Source: a virus. Taken from it: 64,000 bases of DNA. Positions 1 to 9,122 of this stretch are shown one piece after another. Within the stretch, counting starts at the first letter, position 1. Every line of letters starts with the position of its first letter. The notes below the pieces were generated by a model, which had not been told where the DNA came from, did not search any database, and worked only from the letters and a program-made list of their open reading frames with translations. The DNA is taken from IMG/VR virus record IMGVR_UViG_3300027917_000021, positions 91,896 to 155,895 of that record; one strand, 5' to 3'. The translations under genes were made by a program, and so were the position numbers.

Positions 1-117
1 GAAATTAGTGGCGAAGTTGGAAGATATAAAATTATTTTAGGAAAAAAGAAAGTTCCAAGCAGAGTGAAAGTAAAAATTACTGAATCTGAAACTATAAAAG
101 GTAAGGTAACTAAATGA
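1..117 (+). CDS. 3' end of an upstream gene (partial)
   Basis: Frame 1 is open from the window start to TGA at 115-117, which overlaps the next ATG (ATGA). Confidence 0.5.
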   Translation, partial: EISGEVGRYKIILGKKKVPSRVKVKITESETIKGKVTK

Positions 118-881
118 ATTTAAGCATATACAAAGGCAATGATAAAACCTTTGAAATAGAAGTAACAGACCAGGACGATGAAATTATTAATTTGAGTGGT
201 GGACAATTATTTGTAAATGTTACCGATTGGCAGGAAAACTCAAAAATTACAAAATCTAGCACCGACCCGACTCAAATAGAAATAACAGATCCGGAAGCTG
301 GATTAGCACAAATACATTTTGTTCCTACTGACACGTCGTCTCTTGCTTCTGACATTTATGTTGTTTATATTAATTATATTAACTACGAGGGAAAGACTTA
401 TACTATTTCTCAAGGTGAGTTTCAAATCTTAGATTTGGGAACTATCTCTTATATAAGAAACAGAATAAGAAATTTCAATGGAGACAAAGAAGAATTAAAC
501 GTACTTATTAGAGCATTAGAAACAACAGATGAAGAAATGAATGATTACATACAAAAGGCGGTTGATTTGTTTAACAGCCTTGGGTATACAACCTCATATA
601 CTTTATCTGATTATCCTAATAAGGGAAATTTAATAGAGGGCACAGTAATCCAAATTTTGATGGGCAAAGGTATATTATCAGCAAGAAATATGCTTACTTA
701 TCGGGATGAAGGAGGTATAACTGTACAAGATTTTGACACATATGGTCGGTATATTAATTTGTTTAATGTTTATATTAATCGATATATGCAGCAAGCAATG
801 GATATTAAAAGAAGTCTTAATGTAGATGGTGCATATGGAAGCATTGAAAGCCCAATGAATTATGTAGATATCTGGTATTAA
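114..881 (+). CDS. Virion protein: BppU-like N-terminal domain plus probable head-tail adaptor domain
   Basis: N-terminal YKGNDKTFEIEV...GLAQIHFVPTDT pattern typical of BppU-like domains; helical C-terminal half; structural gene context. Confidence 0.55.
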   Translation: MNLSIYKGNDKTFEIEVTDQDDEIINLSGGQLFVNVTDWQENSKITKSSTDPTQIEITDPEAGLAQIHFVPTDTSSLASDIYVVYINYINYEGKTYTISQGEFQILDLGTISYIRNRIRNFNGDKEELNVLIRALETTDEEMNDYIQKAVDLFNSLGYTTSYTLSDYPNKGNLIEGTVIQILMGKGILSARNMLTYRDEGGITVQDFDTYGRYINLFNVYINRYMQQAMDIKRSLNVDGAYGSIESPMNYVDIWY

Positions 882-884
882 TAA

Positions 885-3374
885 ATGATTACATTAGAAA
901 ATGTTACAGTAGATACTTTAGGACTGGGCAACAGAAGAATACAATGGGAAGTAGTTCCGACACACGAAGATCTTAACCTATTTTTGTTGGATGTATATCG
1001 TGCGGAAGCTCCCGGGGCATTGTCAGAATTTGACCTGGTTGTATCAGGTTTATCTGTTCTCGATGGTACGTATATTGATAGTGGACTGCAAAGAATGGAT
1101 TATTCTACAAACCGACAGATATACTATTACCTAAATGTATTAGACACAGGTACCGCGGAAACATCACTCGAAGGTCCATATGTGATGGAATCTGAGCCGG
1201 ATTATGCTTCTAATGAAATACTTCGTCGCTATGGCATTTTCTTTGACAATCCACGCTATCAGGTTCGTACATTTTATGTATTAAAGAAACGTACCTGGGG
1301 AAATCAATGCTCATGCATCGATGATGTAACACAGGAACCTAGAAACGAAAATTGTACTATATGCTATGGTACAGGTATAGTAGGCGGTTATTTTAATCCA
1401 ATTGCTGTTCGAGGAATGCGTTCAGACAAGCCAAGTCGCCAAATGATAAACCTGTTTGGAGCATGGCAGGACACTAATGTATTTTTCAAACTGGAAAATA
1501 CCGTTAAGGTAATTCCCGGTGATTATATTGTCGACGAACATAATGAAAGATATCTGATCGAAGGGCCTGTAAATCACCTACAAAAGGGTATTTATACCTT
1601 GATGAGTAATGTTCGTGCCAAAACTGTGTCAAAATCAGATCCGATATATCGGTATGGTATGATTGAAGAACTTGGTGGAACCGAGGAAGAGATTATTATA
1701 AGCGGTAATGAAATAGCGGTATTTAATGGGACATCCTCCTATATGGAAATTATAGACAATGATTTATTGTCTTTTTTAAATGGGTCGTTTAGTATTACTG
1801 GATGGTTTGAATTAAATAATGCTCCTCCCGGACCATCAATTTCAGAAACAATAAGTCAAACGGTTTGCGATGATGAAGGTTTATATGAAGCAGAATCCAT
1901 TACTTTATCAAATGGCAATGTTTTTATGGCATATTCAGATTACACAAATATTTATGCTTCCTACAACATTATTACACAAAGTGGAACTGAAGTAACTGGT
2001 CCAATAGTATTGGAAAACACTATGGGCAGTGTATTTAGTGTTACCCAATTAACCAATAATAATATATTTATATGTTATGCATCAGGACCAGACAGTTCAA
2101 AACCTGCCAAGTATGCCTTAGTAGATGAATCTGGAACTTTGCTGGCTGGTCCCATAGCAGTCCCAGGAATTACATATTCCAATTATTTTGGTTGCACTAA
2201 AACAAATAATGGAAATATTTTTGTAGTATATTCAGACCCCGATGATGGAAATAAAGGGAAATTTATAATTTTAGATAATTCAATTAATTTAATTTTTGGC
2301 CCAACTACCTTCCATTCCAATGTAACATATTATCAGAGAGTATCTTTATTACAAAATGGTAATATATTTTTAAGTTATTCTAACCAATCGGATAATCGTG
2401 GAGAATTTGTAATTTATTCTCAAGCCGGAGCACTTATTAAATCTGCTACTATTTTTGAAACAAATCCTGTTTATGATTTATGGAGTTCAATATTAGTAGG
2501 AGGAAATATAATTATAGTATATGGAACTACATCAGATTCATCTGGTAAATTTACCATATATGATGAAAACGGAAATATAATAAAAACCCCAACTACCTTT
2601 GAATCAGGAGGAGCATCTTATTATAATTCTGTAGCGCCTACATTAGATGATCGAGCTGTTATAGTATATCAAAATCCTTCTAGTTATTATACATCATGTG
2701 TAATAGTTGATAGTGAAGGAACCATAACACAAAGTTCTTTTAATATTAATACTAATGAAACTTATGATTCACATATAACTCTGCTTGGAAATGGAAATGT
2801 AATGATACTTTATGATGTGTATGATGGAGTAGATACGGCAATTTTACAAGTTTATGATGTAATAGGACAATATCAACCACTATTAGTGAAAGACGATAAA
2901 TCATTGAATCATGAATGGATATTAGTATATGATAATTCAGGCAACATACATATTCGCATAATTGGTTCAAACAATAATTTTATAGGTAAATATTATAATT
3001 ATCCAATAAATGGAGAACTTCATCATTATGCAATTACATATAATGGTAATAATTCCTCAGACGGAATTAATTTATATATAGATAATAATTTAGTTCAGTC
3101 AATACCAAATAATTTAGGAATATATACACCACCAATTAATACAAGTTTAAATGTGTTTATTGGAAAATGGGCAAATTCTTTTTTTGCTGGAAAAGCACGA
3201 GATATTAAAATATTTAATAAGGCATTATCAAGTGCAGATATAAATCAAGAATATGCCCTGGGAAATTATAGAGTTGGAATAGTTGCAAATTACAAATTAC
3301 ACGAAGACACAAATGATTATGGAAGATATAGTTTACACGGTATAAACACAGATATAATATTTACACAGGAATAA
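885..3374 (+). CDS. Neck/head-closure-like protein fused to a LamG-like domain interrupted by beta-propeller-type repeats
   Basis: CxC...CxxCYGTGIVGGY motif in the N-terminal part; LamG motifs FNGTSSY..SITGW and HHYAITY..IFNKALS; seven LxNGN(I/V)F-like repeats between them. Confidence 0.6.
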   Translation: MITLENVTVDTLGLGNRRIQWEVVPTHEDLNLFLLDVYRAEAPGALSEFDLVVSGLSVLDGTYIDSGLQRMDYSTNRQIYYYLNVLDTGTAETSLEGPYVMESEPDYASNEILRRYGIFFDNPRYQVRTFYVLKKRTWGNQCSCIDDVTQEPRNENCTICYGTGIVGGYFNPIAVRGMRSDKPSRQMINLFGAWQDTNVFFKLENTVKVIPGDYIVDEHNERYLIEGPVNHLQKGIYTLMSNVRAKTVSKSDPIYRYGMIEELGGTEEEIIISGNEIAVFNGTSSYMEIIDNDLLSFLNGSFSITGWFELNNAPPGPSISETISQTVCDDEGLYEAESITLSNGNVFMAYSDYTNIYASYNIITQSGTEVTGPIVLENTMGSVFSVTQLTNNNIFICYASGPDSSKPAKYALVDESGTLLAGPIAVPGITYSNYFGCTKTNNGNIFVVYSDPDDGNKGKFIILDNSINLIFGPTTFHSNVTYYQRVSLLQNGNIFLSYSNQSDNRGEFVIYSQAGALIKSATIFETNPVYDLWSSILVGGNIIIVYGTTSDSSGKFTIYDENGNIIKTPTTFESGGASYYNSVAPTLDDRAVIVYQNPSSYYTSCVIVDSEGTITQSSFNINTNETYDSHITLLGNGNVMILYDVYDGVDTAILQVYDVIGQYQPLLVKDDKSLNHEWILVYDNSGNIHIRIIGSNNNFIGKYYNYPINGELHHYAITYNGNNSSDGINLYIDNNLVQSIPNNLGIYTPPINTSLNVFIGKWANSFFAGKARDIKIFNKALSSADINQEYALGNYRVGIVANYKLHEDTNDYGRYSLHGINTDIIFTQE

Positions 3375-3378
3375 ATCA

Positions 3379-3777
3379 ATGAAATATTTTGAAAAAAATG
3401 CAGATATACAATATGCCTTGAAAGGAATGGTCAAGGGATTTAAAGCTGGAACAATGGATTTAGCTACCGCAGCAGATAGAATTAAGAGGTTAGCTGAAAG
3501 AAAAAAGAATTTAATGCAATATATAGACTTAAATCCAAATGTATTTGATCAAAATCCTGCCATGGTAGATAAAGTACATCGTTATTCTAAAATGCTTGTT
3601 GGAAGTAATATGTTATATAATAAAAGGCAGGTTGACCTACTTAAGTTAGGTGCAGCACCAGTGCATCCTATGCAAGGCACACTGCTGAATGTGCAAACAA
3701 GAGAATCACAAACAAAATACAACTCTAAAGTTTTAGGTAAAAAAAGAGCTGACATTTTAGTACCACTATGGCGTTAA
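3379..3777 (+). CDS. Hypothetical protein
   Basis: 132-aa ORF tightly packed in the operon. Confidence 0.6.
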   Translation: MKYFEKNADIQYALKGMVKGFKAGTMDLATAADRIKRLAERKKNLMQYIDLNPNVFDQNPAMVDKVHRYSKMLVGSNMLYNKRQVDLLKLGAAPVHPMQGTLLNVQTRESQTKYNSKVLGKKRADILVPLWR

Positions 3778-5009
3778 AAGAATACATTCTGAATAATTTT
3801 CAATATCTTATAGAAAATAATCCGGATGGTATTGTAATACATTCAGATGGTATCATAAGATATGCAAATAAAAGTATTCTTACTATATTTGGTGCTTCAT
3901 CGGCTGATGAAATTATAGGTAGAAATATTTTTGATTTCATACAACCGGATTATCATGAAGCTGCAAAAATACGTATTGCCAAAGCACTAAACAATATGGA
4001 ACCCGCTCCACTAGCAGAATATGAAGCAATAAAATTAGATGGAGCAAAAATATATATAGAAATACTTTCAATACCTTTTATGAGAGGAGAAGCTAAGGCA
4101 TTACAAGTATTAGTTAAAGATATTTCTGAAAGAAAAAGACAATATAAAGCTTTACAATACTCTGAAGAAAAATTTCGTGCTTTATTTCAAACAGCGCCTG
4201 ACGCAATTTTATTGTCAAATAAAGAAACAAATATTATTTCTTTAAATTCTGCTTTGGAAGATATGTTTGGTTATACTTACGATGAATTAATTGGTAAATC
4301 ATGGATGTTGCTTGTTGCCAAAAGGTTGCGAAATGATCGAATGGAGCGTATAGAATATATAAGAGAAAAACTAAAAGCTGGTGAATTTCTTAAAGAAGAA
4401 GTATATGGAACAACTAAATTTGGCAAAGACATCCCTGTAGAAATAAAAGTTGGGCGATGGCAAATAAATGGTGAACCTTTTTATACTACCATTATAAGAG
4501 ACATATCGGAAAGAAGAGAGTTTGAAGCCAAATTAAAGCAATTAGCTGATATTGACCATCTAACTGGAATATATAATCGTCGTGCCGGTTTAATACTTAC
4601 AGAACAATTGTTAAAAACTTCTAGAAGAACTAACCAACCTATTACTTTATGTTATTTGGATCTCGATAATTTTAAATATGTAAACGATTCACATGGGCAT
4701 GTTGCAGGAGATAAAGTTTTAAATGCTGTAGCGAGTTTAATAAAAGATAATCTTCGTGAATCAGACATATTTTTTAGGCTTGGTGGTGATGAATTTATAA
4801 TTGTCTGGAACAATACATTTCTAGAACAGGGACATCAACAATGGTCCAGAATATTAAATAAATTTAATGAGTGGAATAAAGAAAATTATTCTACTCGATT
4901 GGGGATAAGTGCTGGATTTGTATGTCCAGATCTTAAGAAAGACATAAACATTGATCGTATTATAGATATTGCAGATAAGGAAATGTATAAATCCAAAGGA
5001 AACAAATAA
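3768..5009 (+). CDS. PAS-PAS-GGDEF diguanylate cyclase
   Basis: Two PAS/PAC repeats ending KDISERK and RDISERR; DHLTGIYNRR, DLDNFKYVNDSHGHVAGD, RxxD I-site (RESD) and intact RLGGDEF. Confidence 0.95.
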   Translation: MALKEYILNNFQYLIENNPDGIVIHSDGIIRYANKSILTIFGASSADEIIGRNIFDFIQPDYHEAAKIRIAKALNNMEPAPLAEYEAIKLDGAKIYIEILSIPFMRGEAKALQVLVKDISERKRQYKALQYSEEKFRALFQTAPDAILLSNKETNIISLNSALEDMFGYTYDELIGKSWMLLVAKRLRNDRMERIEYIREKLKAGEFLKEEVYGTTKFGKDIPVEIKVGRWQINGEPFYTTIIRDISERREFEAKLKQLADIDHLTGIYNRRAGLILTEQLLKTSRRTNQPITLCYLDLDNFKYVNDSHGHVAGDKVLNAVASLIKDNLRESDIFFRLGGDEFIIVWNNTFLEQGHQQWSRILNKFNEWNKENYSTRLGISAGFVCPDLKKDINIDRIIDIADKEMYKSKGNK

Positions 5010-6355
5010 TGGAGTATGCACCAGGAATACCTGATAAAAGCTCTAAATCAGTAATACCTTCTTCTCAAGACAAAATATGGTCATATGTAATTCAGTATCA
5101 TATGGCAGATGTTGCTGGGCCACACTATGATTTTAGAATATCTGATGGGGCAGTAGCATACTCTTGGGCAACGAGAGCAGGGTTGCCGAGCTTAGGAGAT
5201 AAGGTACTGTGGATACGACAGCCAGACCATACTCCAGAATATATGTCTTTTTCAGGAGAAATTGCCGATGGATATGGAAAAGGATCAGTTAAAGTCATTG
5301 ATTCAGGCCAGATCCATGTAATTAGTGCAACCCCGGAAAAAATATCATTTAATTTATATAAAGGTGCAGGAACGCAAAAATTTACTCTTGTTTATACAGG
5401 AGGAAATAATTGGTTATGCATGAACACAACGCCAACCAAAGAAACACGCCCAGAAATACCAGAGAAAAAAATACAAGCAAGATCTATTGATCCATCTAAA
5501 ATATCTTTTACAAATTCTAACCAAATTTTAACTGAAAAGATAGATGGGGCTGCCAGTTTATTTGTATTAAGAAAAGGACGACCAGTAGAAGTTTTTAGTT
5601 ATAGGAAAAGCAAGCGAGGTCCGGAACTTATAAATCGGACATATAAATATCCTGATTTATATAATACCATGGTGCCTGAAGAATTAGATAAAACTACTTT
5701 ATGGGGAGAGGCCTATGTTAGTGATGCTGAAGGACGAACACTTCCACACAGAGAAGGTACTGGCCTGCTCAATGCTAATGTGTGGAGAGCAAGAGATGAG
5801 GTAGCTAAAAGACACCTTAAATTCGACAATGTAATATTTAATATTGATAAATACAAAGGTGTGGATTACTCTAAAAAACCATATGGTGAAAAAATAGAGC
5901 TATTGAAAGAGATCCAAAGTAAGCTGCCTCAACTCAAGCTCCCTATTATGGCTGAAACTCCTTTAGAAAAAAGAAGATTATATGATGCTATAAAATCCGG
6001 GAAACACCCTCACACAACAGAAGGGTGGGTTATTTGGGATTTGAATTCAGACCGCCCAATTAAATCTAAATTAAAATTGGATACAGAATTATATGTACAG
6101 GGATATGAAGAAGGCAAAGGAAGATTAGAAGGAAAACTTGGAAAAATTTTGGCAACTCCCGATCCACAAGGAAAGGGCCCTATTACGAGAGTAGGTGGAG
6201 GATTTACAGATTTTGAGCGAGAACAAATCTGGAATAACCGGTTAACATATTTGGGAAAACCGATTACTATAGAATATCAAGAAAAATTACCGTCTGGTAA
6301 ATATAGAATGCCCATTTTTAAAGTATTTCGTACTGCAGAGTTTTGGCCTACCTAA
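5009..6355 (+). CDS. LigD-type 3'-phosphoesterase domain fused to ATP-dependent DNA ligase
   Basis: QYH..GPHYDFRI..SWA..DH..Y..F.GEI..GYGKG phosphoesterase motifs; ligase motif I EKIDG, EGWV and an OB-fold tail (GGGFTD..R, YRMP). Confidence 0.85.
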   Translation: MEYAPGIPDKSSKSVIPSSQDKIWSYVIQYHMADVAGPHYDFRISDGAVAYSWATRAGLPSLGDKVLWIRQPDHTPEYMSFSGEIADGYGKGSVKVIDSGQIHVISATPEKISFNLYKGAGTQKFTLVYTGGNNWLCMNTTPTKETRPEIPEKKIQARSIDPSKISFTNSNQILTEKIDGAASLFVLRKGRPVEVFSYRKSKRGPELINRTYKYPDLYNTMVPEELDKTTLWGEAYVSDAEGRTLPHREGTGLLNANVWRARDEVAKRHLKFDNVIFNIDKYKGVDYSKKPYGEKIELLKEIQSKLPQLKLPIMAETPLEKRRLYDAIKSGKHPHTTEGWVIWDLNSDRPIKSKLKLDTELYVQGYEEGKGRLEGKLGKILATPDPQGKGPITRVGGGFTDFEREQIWNNRLTYLGKPITIEYQEKLPSGKYRMPIFKVFRTAEFWPT

Positions 6356-6364
6356 TTAAGCAAC

Positions 6365-6393
6365 TTGCCTAAAGCCAATTTTTTGTGTATATT
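6365..6393 (+). promoter_or_regulatory. sigma70-type promoter TTGCCT-N17-TATATT
   Basis: Same spacing and -10 as four other copies in the window; ATG at 6401 follows. Confidence 0.6.
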
Positions 6394-6400
6394 TGTCTTG

Positions 6401-7264
6401 ATGAAAAAAATTTTAATAGTGCTAGGGCATAATCGCCTTACCGGAGTTAATACATGGGCATTTACTCTTGGTGATTTTTTAATAAGAAAAGGATATAGAG
6501 TTGACTTTGAGATAAAAAAAGATTTTGAATATGAACCTAAATTAGAGATAAGTATTCTAAATTCTTTAAATACTCTTAGAACAACTATATATGAAAAAAC
6601 TTTACCAGATTATAATTCATACGATCGTTGTATATTGAATTATAACGTACATCAAAAATTTATGTTACCAGAACAAATAATTTTTGTATCACATGGATCG
6701 ATGTTTGAACCATATACACCCTTTGGCAAGGTTTACGCGCATGTTGCTGTAAGTGAAAGGACAAAAAAAGCTACAAATGCTGATTTAGTTATACATAATG
6801 GTATTGATCTTAATAAATTTAGTATTAAAAGATTTCCAAGGACTCCTCCAACTAAGGCTTTAAACATTTTTCGTGGTATTCCTAATTATAGTATATATCG
6901 GGCGTGTACTAATTTGGGTATAGAATATAGACATGTTGGAGCAGCGTTAAATATTGAAACTGAAATAGTCCCTAATGACATAATTATTGGCTATGGAAGA
7001 TCTGCTTATGAGGGAATGGCTTCTGGTAAAGCAGTATTGGTACATGGCCCATTCGGAACTGATGGTTGGGTAAAACCTGAAAATTTTGAAAAGCTATTGT
7101 ATAGAAATTGTTCAGGTTGGACTGGAGCATACTTTCCAACTCTTCAAGAATTGATGGAACTTATCGATCAATATGATGCTGTAGACGGTAGACATAATAG
7201 GGCATTGGCAGAAAAATATTTATCTGCAGAAACAATGGCTAATAAGTTTGAAGAATTGTTTTGA
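6401..7264 (+). CDS. Glycosyltransferase (GT-B/GT4-like)
   Basis: GVNTW, HG, VAVSE, VIHNGIDLNKF, GRSAYEGMASGK motifs; start moved from TTG 6365 to ATG 6401 because the TTG lies in the promoter -35. Confidence 0.8.
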   Translation: MKKILIVLGHNRLTGVNTWAFTLGDFLIRKGYRVDFEIKKDFEYEPKLEISILNSLNTLRTTIYEKTLPDYNSYDRCILNYNVHQKFMLPEQIIFVSHGSMFEPYTPFGKVYAHVAVSERTKKATNADLVIHNGIDLNKFSIKRFPRTPPTKALNIFRGIPNYSIYRACTNLGIEYRHVGAALNIETEIVPNDIIIGYGRSAYEGMASGKAVLVHGPFGTDGWVKPENFEKLLYRNCSGWTGAYFPTLQELMELIDQYDAVDGRHNRALAEKYLSAETMANKFEELF

Positions 7265-7274
7265 TAATTAGTTG

Positions 7275-7303
7275 TTGACAATTTGAAGTAAAAGGTTTAT
7301 ATT
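7275..7303 (+). promoter_or_regulatory. sigma70-type promoter TTGACA-N17-TATATT
   Basis: Consensus -35, 17-nt spacer; ATG 7310 lies 7 nt after the -10. Confidence 0.75.
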
Positions 7304-7309
7304 TTCTAT

Positions 7310-7531
7310 ATGCTTAGGCCTGTAATATACCGCGCGACGGAAGGATCAAGTGGTGAAAAGATAGTAGAGATGATAGCACAGAAATTATCTAGACTATCAT
7401 ATAATCTACATTTTGATGCACAGGGAGATGTTGTAACAGTAATATCTATGCAAGCCCCAATGTCGATGTCTGACTATTTTACTAAACGGATGTCACAAAA
7501 GGAAATAAAAGAACTAATTAGGATGCTTTAA
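7310..7531 (+). CDS. Hypothetical protein
   Basis: 73-aa ORF after a promoter, coupled to the next gene. Confidence 0.55.
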   Translation: MLRPVIYRATEGSSGEKIVEMIAQKLSRLSYNLHFDAQGDVVTVISMQAPMSMSDYFTKRMSQKEIKELIRML

Positions 7532-8385
7532 TGGGATTTTCTATAGATGCGAAAAGAATATTTATTGGGTTTGCACAGAAATTATTTGCAGAGAATTATG
7601 CACTTACATGGACGTTAGATCCCAAAACTACTGGTATTTTAATAGGAGATAAGCATTTTATTGAAAGTCCTTTGATTGAAATGAAACCGGCTATAATTGT
7701 TAGCCGTGGCCCATTGAGATGGGGACAACATACAATAGACCAGAGAATGAGTTATAGTTTGGCAAACTTAGATAAAAAGTTTTCAGACATAATTTATGGG
7801 ACTATTGTATATAACGTTCTTTCACAGAATGAATTTATAACAGAGCGATTAGCAGATTATCTATTTACAAAATTAACTGGATATAGAGACCAATTTCGTA
7901 GAAATGGCATTAATAATATTATAAATATTGCCATGGGAGATACAGTACTTTTAAAAAACAATACAGAAGTAGAGTTTATAAACGTACCAATATCTGTTAA
8001 TTATGCGATGCAAAGAAATATTGACCTTGTGCATGATACTTTTTCTAGTATGTATATTACCTCAGAAGCACTAGACATAGAAAATGTTGATGGTGCTGAA
8101 CTGGGGGCCGGAATAACAGGAACATATGGAAAAGGTCTTTATATACAGGGTATCGATTATACAATAAGCGGTTCTGATATTCATTTTATAACTATTCCAA
8201 GTGGAGTAAAATTAACATTTGTATATACAGGAAGTACTACATTATCTACTTATTCTGAAGAAATTATTGTACCAACAAATAATCCACTACTCAGTTATGA
8301 TTTGATAGAACCGGTAGACTATATATATCCATTATACTCAGGAATCATTATCTATGACCAACTCTACTCAGGAATATCTAATTAG
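7531..8385 (+). CDS. Probable tail completion/terminator-like virion protein
   Basis: Position upstream of the sheath; PAIIVSRG motif; beta-rich C-terminal extension. Confidence 0.45.
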   Translation: MGFSIDAKRIFIGFAQKLFAENYALTWTLDPKTTGILIGDKHFIESPLIEMKPAIIVSRGPLRWGQHTIDQRMSYSLANLDKKFSDIIYGTIVYNVLSQNEFITERLADYLFTKLTGYRDQFRRNGINNIINIAMGDTVLLKNNTEVEFINVPISVNYAMQRNIDLVHDTFSSMYITSEALDIENVDGAELGAGITGTYGKGLYIQGIDYTISGSDIHFITIPSGVKLTFVYTGSTTLSTYSEEIIVPTNNPLLSYDLIEPVDYIYPLYSGIIIYDQLYSGISN

Positions 8386-9103
8386 AAGACAAGCTTTTAT
8401 AGACGAACTTGAAAAGTTAGGGGCTGTTGGCTTAATTGGTAGGTTGGTTACAGGACTAATGTCTCAAAGTCCTATAGCAAAAGAACTATTTGGAAAAGCA
8501 TCAAGATTTGCTACACAATATGCTACTAATCTTGGAAGAGAGGGATTTCGACAATCAGGAAAAGTTTTTCAAGAGGGGATGACAGCATTAAAAAGCACAA
8601 CTGGGAAATCAACAATTCGTCCCATGTTTGGAACCTCTAAACAGGTTATGGGCATTAGGGAGTCAAATAAAATTCCGTTTATGAAAGACCCTATCAGATC
8701 AATTGGTCAGTCGGTTCTGAGAGGCGCTGCTAATTTAGTTAATACAGGAAAAACTATTGCTAAGGAAGGCTTTGGAGCCTATTTGAAAAAAGATTTGGCT
8801 AGAACGCAGCTTTTTACTAAAACAATAACCGGTGAGGGTGGAAAAGCATTTGATGTGCTTGCTAAACGATCTGTAACCGGAAGACTGATAAATCCTGTAT
8901 TGGATACAGGAGTTGGTTTTGGAGGTTTAGCTTTAGCCACAAATAAATATGACGAAGCAGGACGTGCACGCAGTTTTGTATCTCGTATTGGTGGCGCAGC
9001 TAAAGAAAGTATTCTTTGGGGACCACTGAGACCATTGGCTATGGCTCATATGACGACCGTAGAATTACCAAAAATGACAAAAGATATAATTAAAGGCTTT
9101 TAA
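8354..9103 (+). CDS. Hypothetical basic, Gly-rich protein (possible internal virion protein)
   Basis: 249-aa ORF; AFIDELEKLG N-terminal motif. Confidence 0.5.
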   Translation: MTNSTQEYLIRRQAFIDELEKLGAVGLIGRLVTGLMSQSPIAKELFGKASRFATQYATNLGREGFRQSGKVFQEGMTALKSTTGKSTIRPMFGTSKQVMGIRESNKIPFMKDPIRSIGQSVLRGAANLVNTGKTIAKEGFGAYLKKDLARTQLFTKTITGEGGKAFDVLAKRSVTGRLINPVLDTGVGFGGLALATNKYDEAGRARSFVSRIGGAAKESILWGPLRPLAMAHMTTVELPKMTKDIIKGF

Positions 9104-9122
9104 CTATTAAGGAGTAATCTTT

